A stretch of 64,000 nt of DNA from an uncultured Myxococcales bacterium (GTDB taxonomy: Bacteria > Myxococcota > B64-G9): assembly GCA_964561025.1 (NCBI GenBank), contig CAZLNM010000002.1, positions 43,235 to 107,234 of the forward strand, given 5' to 3'. Shown in pieces: positions 1 to 8,358 of the stretch. Within the stretch, counting starts at the first letter, position 1, and each line of letters opens with the position of its first letter. Position numbers and translations under genes: made by a program. Below the pieces are notes generated by a model that worked only from the letters and a program-made list of their open reading frames with translations, was not told the origin of the DNA and searched no databases.

Positions 1-57
1 GGCGCGAGCGTCCCGTTCAGGGCGCGGGCGCCTGCCCGCCGTTCGAGGTGGAATGAA

Positions 58-924
58 CTAGCGAGAGAAGCTGATGGTGCCGTCGCCGGCGATGGGGATC
101 TCGAAGTCGCCCATCACCATCAGGCCCTCCAGCCGGTAGGGGATGATCTGGCGCTTGATGAGATCCAGGATCTCCTTCGAGGCCGAGCCGGACTTGACCT
201 CGGTGGAGATGTCGTAGCTGGCCTCGTGGTTGGCGGGGATGCGGTCTTCCACCGGCAGCTCGCCCTCCACCCAGGGCTTGCCCTCCAGGGTGATGCGGTA
301 CACCACCTTGTCGAGTTTTACCGGGAAGGAGTTCTCGTTCAGCACCGCCAGCTCGAAGGTGAACTTGGTCTCGTCCTTGCCGAAGCGCTGGGCGTAGGCC
401 CCGGTGACCGTGAGCTTGGGGAGCTTTTGCAGCGGGATCATGCCCGAGTCGCCGGCCGACACGCTGAGCCCTCCCTCCGGGCCTTCCAGGTTGCACGTCT
501 CGGCGAAGGTGTAGCGTAGCTGGCCGGCCTGGACGAAGGCCAGGATCTCCGGGGTGGTCTTGGGCCAAGGGATCACCACCTCGGTGACCACCATCTGGCG
601 CGCCGTCTGGCTCACCTCGCCCTGGGGCTGGAGGGAGCCGGAGAGCGGTTCCCGCTCGGCGATTTCGGCCTTCCAGGTACAGGCCACCAGCCGGGCCGGC
701 CGCGCGTCCTCGCCGATGAGCTCGAACTTGAAGCTCACCGTCATGCCCGAAAACTGCTGCGGCGAAAACTCCACCCCGCGAAATTCGAAGCGGGGCGGGG
801 TGAAGCCGCCCGCGCTCTGCGGAGTGTTTTGGGTGGCCTGCTTCGGCCCGGCGCAGCAAAGACCCCCAAGGCCGCAGGCCGCCCAGGCCAGAAGCATCCA
901 GCCGGCTCGATGCGTGCTCGACAT
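58..924 (-). CDS. Lipoprotein with two LEA_2 (LEA14 / NDR1-HIN1-like) repeats
   Basis: 288-aa ORF. ATG at 924 follows a GGAGGGG SD. Signal peptide with Cys-containing lipobox region (LLAWAACGLGGLCC). Two beta-rich halves of about 110 aa with a LEA_2-like pattern (FELAVLNENSFPVKLDKVVYRITLEG). Confidence 0.6.
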   Translation of the reverse strand: MSSTHRAGWMLLAWAACGLGGLCCAGPKQATQNTPQSAGGFTPPRFEFRGVEFSPQQFSGMTVSFKFELIGEDARPARLVACTWKAEIAEREPLSGSLQPQGEVSQTARQMVVTEVVIPWPKTTPEILAFVQAGQLRYTFAETCNLEGPEGGLSVSAGDSGMIPLQKLPKLTVTGAYAQRFGKDETKFTFELAVLNENSFPVKLDKVVYRITLEGKPWVEGELPVEDRIPANHEASYDISTEVKSGSASKEILDLIKRQIIPYRLEGLMVMGDFEIPIAGDGTISFSR

Positions 925-942
925 GATCCCCTCCTGTGTCTG

Positions 943-1587
943 CTAGCGCAGCTTCCAGGCGTTGCCGTCCGGAAGCTCAAACTCGATGAACCCCCGCGCG
1001 GGCGCGAAGTACTCGTCGTAGGAGTAGGTGGTGCCGCCGCCTAGCTCGCGCCGGTGCACAAGGTGGAAGGCCTCGATGTCGCCGGCCGGGACGGTGTGCG
1101 CGCCCTTGCCCAGGTTGGAGAACTGGTGGGTCTCGCTGCCGCCGCCCTCGATCTCCGAAGTGGTGCTCCAGCTCTGGGGGATGCCGGAGCACTTGGGCTC
1201 GAGCGGGTAGGGGACCAGCACGATGGGCGTCAGGTAACGGCGGTTCACCACCTGTTGGTCCTCGGTGACTTGCTCTCCCAGAAACAAGAGGCCCCGCTGG
1301 GGCTCCACCACGAACCAGCGGGTGGCGATGAGGATGCCGTTCTGGCGGATCTCCATCTTGAGCGCGTCGGTGCCGGTGAGGTACTCGGGATCGGCGGCGT
1401 TTGCGATGCGGGCGGTGCCCGACAGGGTGGCCGCCCCCACCGTCACGTCGTAGTCCCAGGCCTTCCCCAGGGCGAAGCCCAGGTACGCCGCCGCGTCGCC
1501 CGCCGGCTCCTCACAGTGGGAGCCGCTGCCGCCGCAGGCGGGGAGCAGGAAGAGAAGCGCCGCCCATATCGTCGTCATGCGTCGCAT
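943..1587 (-). CDS. Hypothetical lipoprotein
   Basis: Start trimmed to ATG 1587 (MRRMTTIWAALLFLLPAC lipobox) with GGAGG SD just upstream. Ends 18 nt before the LEA_2 gene, so likely an operon. Confidence 0.6.
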   Translation of the reverse strand: MRRMTTIWAALLFLLPACGGSGSHCEEPAGDAAAYLGFALGKAWDYDVTVGAATLSGTARIANAADPEYLTGTDALKMEIRQNGILIATRWFVVEPQRGLLFLGEQVTEDQQVVNRRYLTPIVLVPYPLEPKCSGIPQSWSTTSEIEGGGSETHQFSNLGKGAHTVPAGDIEAFHLVHRRELGGGTTYSYDEYFAPARGFIEFELPDGNAWKLR

Positions 1588-1807
1588 GCCGCACCTCCGG
1601 CCGAAGCCCTGGCGAACGCATCTGCCTATACCACCTTTCCACCGACCTGCCAAGCACACCTCCGCCGACGGTGGTTTCCAGATGAAAAGTTCAGTCACTT
1701 TCGATGGTTCGCTGCCATAGTTTTGGTCCCTCAACTCGCGCGTCCGACCGCGGGGCCATCAGAGCCAGCGCGGGCGGACGCGCATTGTCCAAACTCTCCC
1801 GGACTCC

Positions 1808-1834
1808 TTGTCAACGAGGGATGACGGATAGAAT
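1808..1834 (+). promoter_or_regulatory. Candidate sigma70-like promoter (TTGTCA-15 nt-TAGAAT) upstream of the Yip1/S26 gene
   Basis: Hexamers read directly in the lower-GC intergenic region 1588-1914. The 15-nt spacer is short. Confidence 0.25.
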
Positions 1835-1914
1835 CATGTGACAGTGGACCGATATTTTCCCATCGCCATTACAGGGGTTGATTTTCGCACCCTGGCGGGG
1901 CGACACTCCGGCGC

Positions 1915-3024
1915 ATGAGCCGCGCCACCTTCGTGCCCGGCGGATTCTTTCGCACCTGGCTGCGGGTGCTGGTGCGGCCCGGCGTCTTCTTCTCCCGTCA
2001 CGCGGACCAGCGCAGCACCGTCGCGCCCATGACTTTTGGGCTTCTGCTGTGCGGGTTGTTCTCCGCGGCGGCGGGGGCGCTCTCGGCGCTGGACGACCTG
2101 CGCCTTATGCAGGGCGCCTTCCACGCCCTGCGCACGTTTCTCTTCACCGGCGCCGCGGTGATGGTGGCGCTGCCCGCCACGGCCTGGGTGGCCTCGGTGC
2201 TGATGCACGGCTGGCTGCGGCTGCTCGGCCCGGGCCGGCGCTCGCACTCGCGGACCCTGCACGTCACCTTCGCCGCGCTGGCGGCCGCGCTGCCGGCGCT
2301 GTGCGACTGGCCGGGCGAGCTGGTGGCCTGGCTGTGGATGGGCGCCATCCTGGCCGTCGGGCTGGCGCGGGCGCACGAGGTGAGCTTTCCCCGAGTGGTG
2401 CCCGGTGTGGTGCTGCTGCTGCTGCTGCTGAACGCGCTCTCGCTGCCCCGGCGGGGCGAGCGCCTGAGCGACGAGTCCATGACACCGGCCATCCGTCAAC
2501 ACGAGCGCGTGCTGCTGGAGCGCCTGCCGCTTCTCGTCTCCGGCCCGCGCCGGGGAGACGTGGTGCTGGCGGGCGAACCCAAGGAGCCCGAGAAACTGCG
2601 CATCTTGCGGGTGGTGGCCCTGGCCGGGGACGAGGTGGCCATCGAGGACGGGCGCCTGCGGCTGAACGGCGCGCTCGCCGGCGGGGAGGAGGTCCCCGGC
2701 GACTGCGAATACGCGGTGTCCACGGCACACGGGGTGTTCGAGACCTGGCCGTGCCGGCGCGAGCGGGAGACGCTGGACGGGCGGAGCTACCCGGTGGTGT
2801 TCGACACCGAGCGCGCCCGCGGCGACGGCTCGCCGCGCGGAATGGCGGCGCAGACGGTGCCGGAGGGGATGGTGTTTCTGCTGGGCGACAACCGCGACAA
2901 CAGCCGTGACAGCCGCGCCTTCGGCCCGGTGCCGGCGCGCGCCGTGCTGGCCCGGGCCCGCTGCGTGATCTGGCCGGTGGGCCCCGAGGGGTTTTCCGCG
3001 GCGCGCTGGCTCGCCAGCCCGTGA
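1915..3024 (+). CDS. Yip1-like multi-TM domain fused to an S26 signal peptidase I-like domain
   Basis: N-terminal half has 4-5 hydrophobic helices with a Yip1-like start (FFRTWLRVLVRPGVFF). C-terminal half has S26 boxes: SMTPAI (box B Ser), RGDVVLA, ILRVVALAGDEV (box D), GDNRDNSRDSRAFGPVP (box E). Confidence 0.7.
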   Translation: MSRATFVPGGFFRTWLRVLVRPGVFFSRHADQRSTVAPMTFGLLLCGLFSAAAGALSALDDLRLMQGAFHALRTFLFTGAAVMVALPATAWVASVLMHGWLRLLGPGRRSHSRTLHVTFAALAAALPALCDWPGELVAWLWMGAILAVGLARAHEVSFPRVVPGVVLLLLLLNALSLPRRGERLSDESMTPAIRQHERVLLERLPLLVSGPRRGDVVLAGEPKEPEKLRILRVVALAGDEVAIEDGRLRLNGALAGGEEVPGDCEYAVSTAHGVFETWPCRRERETLDGRSYPVVFDTERARGDGSPRGMAAQTVPEGMVFLLGDNRDNSRDSRAFGPVPARAVLARARCVIWPVGPEGFSAARWLASP

Positions 3025-3039
3025 TTTCGGAGGGCCCGG

Positions 3040-3921
3040 ATGATCCACTATCAGGAGCCGGTGTTCCGCCCCCCCAGCGAGGCGGACTCGCTCATCTTGC
3101 AGGCCACCTACGGCTGCACCCACAACCGCTGCGCCTTCTGCTCCATGTACCAGGGGAAACGCTTCCGGGTGCGGCCGGAGGAGGAGCTGTTTTCCGAGAT
3201 CGACTGGGCCGGCCGGCACCTGCCCGGCGTGACCCGGGTGTTTTTGGCCGACGGCGACGCCTTCGCGCTGTCGCCGCGCCGCATGATCCGCATCCTGGAA
3301 CGGCTCTACCAGCGCCTGCCCGCCCTGGAGCGGGTGACCGCCTACGCCTCGCCGCAGAACTTCCGCGCGCGCAAGCTCGAGGACCTGCGCGCGGTGCGCG
3401 CGGCGGGGCTTCGCATGTTGTACCTCGGCCTGGAGTCAGGCGACGACGAGGTGCTGCGCCGCATCCAAAAGGGCGCCACCTGCGAGCGCATCGTGGAGGT
3501 GTGCCGGCGGGCGCAGGAGGCGGGCTTCGACCTCTCCATCACCGTGATCCTGGGGCTGGCCGGGCCGGCGGGCTCGGCGCGCCACGCCGAGAAGACCGCC
3601 GCCGCCCTCGACCGCATCCGCCCGCGTTACGCCTCGGCGCTCACCCTGATGCGCACGCCGCGAGAGCCCTCCTTCGAAAAAGTGTATGGCGATCCCGCCT
3701 GGCGCGACCTCACCCCGGAAGAAGCCCTGTCCGAGTGCCGCACCCTGATCGCCGCCATGCAGGCGGACGGCGTCGAGTTCCGCTCCAACCACGCCTCCAA
3801 CTACCTGGCGCTGAAGGGCCGCCTGCAACGCGACAAGCCTACGCTCCTCGCCCTCATCGACCGGGTGCTGGCCGACCCCCGCTCCCCGCTGCGCCGGCCG
3901 GAGTTCTTGCGCGCCCTGTGA
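3040..3921 (+). CDS. Radical SAM domain protein
   Basis: GGAGGG SD 5 nt before the ATG. Cys cluster GCTHNRCAFCSMY near the N-terminus. GLESGDDEVL-type and TIM-barrel-like motifs. 15 nt after the preceding gene. Confidence 0.7.
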   Translation: MIHYQEPVFRPPSEADSLILQATYGCTHNRCAFCSMYQGKRFRVRPEEELFSEIDWAGRHLPGVTRVFLADGDAFALSPRRMIRILERLYQRLPALERVTAYASPQNFRARKLEDLRAVRAAGLRMLYLGLESGDDEVLRRIQKGATCERIVEVCRRAQEAGFDLSITVILGLAGPAGSARHAEKTAAALDRIRPRYASALTLMRTPREPSFEKVYGDPAWRDLTPEEALSECRTLIAAMQADGVEFRSNHASNYLALKGRLQRDKPTLLALIDRVLADPRSPLRRPEFLRAL

Positions 3922-3993
3922 CGGGGCGCCCGCCATCGGCGAACGTTCGTCCTGCGATTGCGTTCGGCGAAAGGAGCGGCTACTCTCCGGCGC

Positions 3994-5754
3994 ATGTCGC
4001 CCGCGGACCCGGAGCCGAATCGCAGCACGGCGGGGGAGCCCGAGGAGATCCTCTCCCAGCTCGCTCTCACCGAGCTGAACCGCAAGCGCCGCACCTCCAT
4101 GGTGGTGGCCTTGTGCGGAACGCTGATCTGCGGTGTGACCGGGGCGGTGGCGTTCTACCGGGGGCAGGTGCTGCGCGGTTGGATCATCGCCGCGGCGGGG
4201 CTGATCAGCGCCGCCGCCGTCCTGCTCCTGCGCCGGACCCGCCGGCCGGACCGCATCAACCTGCCTTCGCTGATCGGCATCTCGATCTTCACGCTGTACC
4301 TGCTGGTCACCGGTGGGACGGACAACAGCGGCGCGCTGTGGGTCACCATCTCCCCTCCCTTGCTGCTGTTCACCCTGGGGGTGCGCCGAGGCGGGCCGCT
4401 GGCCCTGATATTCCTGCTGGCGGCCCTGGTGATCCTGTTCTTCCCCGGCGATCGGCTGCTGCTGGCCACCTACACCCTGGACTTCAAGCTGCGCATCCTG
4501 CCGGCGATCCTGTTCGTGGCGGCGATCTCCTTCGCGTACGAGCTGGCGCGGGAGAAGGCGCAAGCCGGTTACGAGCGCGAGATCGTCGAGCGCCGGCGGG
4601 CCGAGCGGGCGGCCGACGAGGCCAACCAGGCCAAGAGCGCCTTCCTGGCCAAGATGAGCCACGAGCTGCGTACCCCGCTCAACGGCATCCTGGGCTTCGG
4701 TTCCTTGCTGAAAGAGGATCTCGCCGGGAGCGAGAGCCGGCGCTGGCTGGAGGCGCTGCTGCGCTCCGGGGAGCAGCTGAAGATCCTGATCGACGACCTT
4801 CTGGACCTGGCCACCGTCGAGGCGGGGCGCCTGCGCCTGAATCCGGGGCCGACCGACGTGGGAGTGCTGTGCCTCGAAACCGCGGAGGCGATGCAGCCGG
4901 CCGCCCGGGCCAAGGGGCTGACGCTCGTATGCCGGGTGGCGCCCGGGTTGCCCACCCCCCTGCGGGTGGACCGCCACCGGCTGGGTCAGGTGGTCCTGAA
5001 CCTGCTCTCCAACGCCATCAAGTTCACGCCGGCGGGGGAGGTGCGCCTCGAGGTCGAGGGCCGGACGGGTGCAGATCCGGCCCGTGTGGAGGTGACCCTG
5101 CGGGTGAGCGACCAGGGCCCCGGGGTGCCGCCGGAAGACAGGGAACGGATCTTCGAGCGCTTCTGGCAGGGACCCGAGGCGGCCGGCACGTCCGCGAGCG
5201 GCGTCGGGCTCGGGTTATCCATCTCCCGGGAGATCGTCAACGCCATGGGGGGGCGCATCTTCGTCGCGCCTGCCGGCGGTGCGGGGGCCACCTTCCAGGT
5301 CGAGCTGAGCCTGGAGCGTGTCCGGGAGCAGGCCGCGGAAGCGCCCCGGGCCAGCGCGCCGGCGGTGGCTCTGCGGCCGGGCGCTCGCATCCTGGTGGCG
5401 GACGACGACGCGACCAGCCGGGAGCTGATGGCATTGATGCTGCGGCGCCTCGGCGCCGAGGTGGAGCTGGTGAAAGACGGCCAGGAGGCGGTGGCCCGGA
5501 TCGCCGCCGCGCGCTTCGACGTTGTTTTTCTGGACTGCAAGATGCCCAACCTCGATGGCTACGAGGCGGCCCGGCGCATCCGCGCGGGGGAGGGCCCGGC
5601 GAAAAACGTTCCGCTCGTGGCGGTCACCGCCGGGGTGCTGGAGGAGGAGTGCGCCCGCTGCCAGGCCGCGGGGATGGGCGCGGTGCTGGCCAAGCCGATT
5701 GAACCCGAGGCGCTGGCCAGGACGCTTCTGGGTGTGCTGAAAGAAAGAACCTGA
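3994..5754 (+). CDS. Membrane hybrid sensor histidine kinase / response regulator
   Basis: Multi-TM N-terminus. HisKA H-box MSHELRTPLNGILG. HATPase_c (NAIKFTP, DQGPGV, GVGLGLSI). C-terminal receiver (ILVADDD...FLDCKMPNLDG...AKP). Start is uncertain: TTG 3958 or ATG 3994. Confidence 0.8.
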   Translation: MSPADPEPNRSTAGEPEEILSQLALTELNRKRRTSMVVALCGTLICGVTGAVAFYRGQVLRGWIIAAAGLISAAAVLLLRRTRRPDRINLPSLIGISIFTLYLLVTGGTDNSGALWVTISPPLLLFTLGVRRGGPLALIFLLAALVILFFPGDRLLLATYTLDFKLRILPAILFVAAISFAYELAREKAQAGYEREIVERRRAERAADEANQAKSAFLAKMSHELRTPLNGILGFGSLLKEDLAGSESRRWLEALLRSGEQLKILIDDLLDLATVEAGRLRLNPGPTDVGVLCLETAEAMQPAARAKGLTLVCRVAPGLPTPLRVDRHRLGQVVLNLLSNAIKFTPAGEVRLEVEGRTGADPARVEVTLRVSDQGPGVPPEDRERIFERFWQGPEAAGTSASGVGLGLSISREIVNAMGGRIFVAPAGGAGATFQVELSLERVREQAAEAPRASAPAVALRPGARILVADDDATSRELMALMLRRLGAEVELVKDGQEAVARIAAARFDVVFLDCKMPNLDGYEAARRIRAGEGPAKNVPLVAVTAGVLEEECARCQAAGMGAVLAKPIEPEALARTLLGVLKERT

Positions 5755-5774
5755 ACGAGGAACTTCTGCCGCGT

Positions 5775-6875
5775 TCACTTCTTGCAGTACGAGGCGAAGC
5801 CGAAGAAGTCCTGGCAGGTCGAGCCTGGAGGGCACAGGGACGGGTTCTCGATGCAGCCCAGCACCGAGCAGTACTTGAGGATGGGCAGGCACACCGGGAA
5901 GTCCGCCCCGCAGTCCATCTGGCAGGCGCAGGTCTCGCCGAAGCCGCGCGGGTCGCCGCCCAGGCACTGGACGCACTTCTTGGGATCCTGGGACATGAGA
6001 TCCTTGCTGCACTCGGCCCCCGTCGGGCAATCCTTGGTGCAGCCGCACTCGGCGCCGATGGCCAGGCTGTGGTCTCCCGGGACGCAAGGCTTGCAGAACC
6101 AGGTCACCGGGTTCTGCTGGTTGGTCATGTCGATGGAGGCGCTGCACTCGAACGTCCCCGGGCAGTTGTCGCCGAGGCCCGCGGTGCAGCCGGTGATGGT
6201 GCAGATGGCCGGGGCGTCCTCGGCCGCGGTGAGATCGCGGAAACAGTCCGGCGCCGCCGGGGTGCAGTCCTCGTCGCACAGGCAGCGCTCGCCCAGCGCG
6301 TGCGCGCCGCCCAGGCACTTCTGGCAGAAGGGCGGCTGGGGCGGGTCGGCGCTGGTGTAGAAGTCGTTGCACTTCATGCCCGGCGGGCAGTTGTCGGGGG
6401 ACTTGGTGCAGTCCTTGATGGTGCAGTAGGTCGGGCCGGGGTCGTTGAGCACGTCGGCGAAGCAGAAGGGCGCCTCGCTCACGCACTCGCCGTCGCACTG
6501 GCAGTCCTGGCCCAGCGTCTTGTCGTGGGTCTGGGGACAGTCATTGTCCGTCCCGGCGTCCTGCCCGGCGTCCTGGCCCGCGTCCTGGCCGGCGTCCTGT
6601 CCCGCATCTTGGCCGGCGTCCTGGCCCGCGTCCTGGCCGCCGTCGCCCGAGACGCAGGTGTGGGTGCCGAGGTCGCAGGCACCGCTCGGACAGTCATTGT
6701 CTGAGGCGCAGCCGGGCCGGCAACACCCCTGGTCGCAGTAGGAGTCGCGCGGGCAGTCGGGGTGGTCGGCGCAGGTGCGCAGGCAACCGCCGTCGCCACC
6801 GTCGCCGCCGCCGCCCGAGCCCGAGCAACCCGCGGCGAGCACCAGCGCGAACAGACCGAGACGAATGGTCTTCAT
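5775..6875 (-). CDS. Secreted Cys-rich repeat lipoprotein
   Basis: Start trimmed to ATG 6875 (MKTIRLGLFALVLAAGC lipobox) after a GGAGGAGG SD. Contains a (QDAG)7 linker followed by four related Cys-rich modules (C.C...C ... C.I..C ... CP.G..C). Confidence 0.75.
   Translation of the reverse strand: MKTIRLGLFALVLAAGCSGSGGGGDGGDGGCLRTCADHPDCPRDSYCDQGCCRPGCASDNDCPSGACDLGTHTCVSGDGGQDAGQDAGQDAGQDAGQDAGQDAGQDAGTDNDCPQTHDKTLGQDCQCDGECVSEAPFCFADVLNDPGPTYCTIKDCTKSPDNCPPGMKCNDFYTSADPPQPPFCQKCLGGAHALGERCLCDEDCTPAAPDCFRDLTAAEDAPAICTITGCTAGLGDNCPGTFECSASIDMTNQQNPVTWFCKPCVPGDHSLAIGAECGCTKDCPTGAECSKDLMSQDPKKCVQCLGGDPRGFGETCACQMDCGADFPVCLPILKYCSVLGCIENPSLCPPGSTCQDFFGFASYCKK
6552..6635. repeat. In-frame 12-nt tandem repeat, 7 copies, encoding (QDAG)7
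   Basis: Units of cccggcgtcctg with minor variants, read directly. Lies inside CDS 5775-6875. Confidence 0.9.
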
Positions 6876-6987
6876 GGGTCCTCCTCTCCTGACAACGTTG
6901 CAGTCTCGCGCAAAGCGCGCCGGGGCGCAAGCTGGGGGCCGAAAAACCTTTGGACCTGCCCGCCGGCCTCGGCTAACATTCCCCGGC

Positions 6988-8328
6988 ATGGACCCGGAGG
7001 GGTTGCCGCTTTCCGATGACGCCTTGGATCCCGCCGCCCGGCTGCGCCAGGCGCTGCTGGTGGGGAATTCGCCCGAGGCGCTGAGCGCCTTTCGCCTGCT
7101 GAGTGCCCAGGGGCGCCTCCCCGACCTCGAGGCCGAGCTGGAGTACGAGCTGGCCGACCTGCTGACCCCGGCGGACCCGCTGGAGGCGGCGCGGGCCTAC
7201 CGCCGGGCCGCGGAGAAGGACCTTGCCGGCGAGCGCGCCCCGGTGGCGCTGCTCCAGGCCGGGCGGCTGCTCATCAACGCCGCCGGCCTGCCCGAGCCGG
7301 GCCGAAAGATGCTCCTGTACCTCTTGGAGAAGTTCCCCGCGCACCCGGTGGCCGAGGAGGCCCGCTCCCTGCTCGAATCCCCGGCGGCCGCCACGGTTGC
7401 GGTGCCGGCGGCGAAGAGCTACACGCCGCTCCTGGTCCGGCGCGCTTCGGAGGCTCGCCCGGGTCCCGCCCCGGAAGATGGCCAGGCGCCGGCGCCCCGG
7501 CGGAGCCCGCGCCAGGTGCTGGCGAGCGTCTTTGAGGTGTTCTCGGGGCGGTTGGGGAGCAGGCGCTACCGCGCCACCGCCCGCGTGGCGGCCGGCCTGT
7601 TCGTCGTCGCGCTCGGGGCCTGGGTGGCCACCTTCTTCACCCCGCCGGCGTTCCAGCGCGTGCGCGACATCGATCCGGCGGTGCTGGCCGAGCCCGTCCA
7701 GCAGCCCACCCGGGCCGGGCCGGTGCTGATCTCGCGCGGCGACGACAACTACCGCCTGGAGCCGACCGCCGACTACGAGCTCACCGGCCTGGTGGTGAGC
7801 GTGCGCAAGCTGTCCTACGCCAGCGAGGGCCTCTCGGAGGAGGTGTTCCCGCTCGATCTGTGCGTCATCTGGGGGCCGAACATCCGCAGCGGCGTCTTCC
7901 GCAGCCCCGAGCTCGAGGTGGTCCAGGCCGGGCGGGTGTGCTACTTCCGCTGGCAGGGCCCCCTGCCGGTGGAGGAGCGGGCCATCTCCAACAACCACCT
8001 GATCCCGGCCGACGAGGCCATCGCCAGGCGGTTCGGCGAGCTTCGGGCCGGGCAGCAGGTGCGCTTGCGAGGGCAGCTCGTCGACGTGAACATGTTGCGG
8101 GGCGGGCGGCCGGGCACGGTGCGCTCCAGCCGCACGCGAGAGGACGGGGGGTACGGGGCCTGCGAGATCTTGTACGTGACCGGCCTCGAGATCCTCAAAC
8201 CGGCGCCGCTCTCCTTCGACGACCTCCATCGGGCGGCCTTCTGGGCCGTCGTAGCGCTGCTCTTGTTGTTCGTGTTGCGGTTTTTGCTGCTGCCGGTTTC
8301 GGCGACCCGGTCCCCGGCGACCGAATGA
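6988..8328 (+). CDS. Hypothetical membrane protein (helical/TPR-like N-terminus, two TM segments, unknown central domain)
   Basis: Start trimmed to ATG 6988, because earlier in-frame starts would overlap the divergent gene's start region. One TM near RVAAGLFVVALGAWVATFF and a C-terminal TM FWAVVALLLLFVLRFLLL. Confidence 0.55.
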   Translation: MDPEGLPLSDDALDPAARLRQALLVGNSPEALSAFRLLSAQGRLPDLEAELEYELADLLTPADPLEAARAYRRAAEKDLAGERAPVALLQAGRLLINAAGLPEPGRKMLLYLLEKFPAHPVAEEARSLLESPAAATVAVPAAKSYTPLLVRRASEARPGPAPEDGQAPAPRRSPRQVLASVFEVFSGRLGSRRYRATARVAAGLFVVALGAWVATFFTPPAFQRVRDIDPAVLAEPVQQPTRAGPVLISRGDDNYRLEPTADYELTGLVVSVRKLSYASEGLSEEVFPLDLCVIWGPNIRSGVFRSPELEVVQAGRVCYFRWQGPLPVEERAISNNHLIPADEAIARRFGELRAGQQVRLRGQLVDVNMLRGGRPGTVRSSRTREDGGYGACEILYVTGLEILKPAPLSFDDLHRAAFWAVVALLLLFVLRFLLLPVSATRSPATE

Positions 8329-8358
8329 GCGCCGGCCAGTTCGGCGCGGGAGGATGGC

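Noticed and set aside
3021-5702. Very long ORFs overlapping real genes in other frames or on the other strand. Examples: 3021-5702 (+), 3436-4977 (-), 6973-9177 (-), 26873-29659 (-), 33948-35714 (-), 40694-43231 (-), 45604-48105 (+), 56378-59563 (-) and 59689-62604 (-).
   Set aside because: Their translations are monotonous Arg/Pro/Gly/Ala-rich strings with no motifs. The overlapping frames carry clear domain signatures and SD-supported starts. This is the typical stop-codon-poor artefact of roughly 70% GC DNA.
6552-6635. Tandem repeats at 6552-6635 and 12570-12666, considered as possible CRISPR arrays or phase-variation tracts.
   Set aside because: The units are 12 nt and 6 nt, contiguous with no spacers, in-frame and inside CDSs. 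They encode (QDAG)7 and (GS)n linkers, so length change would not shift the frame.
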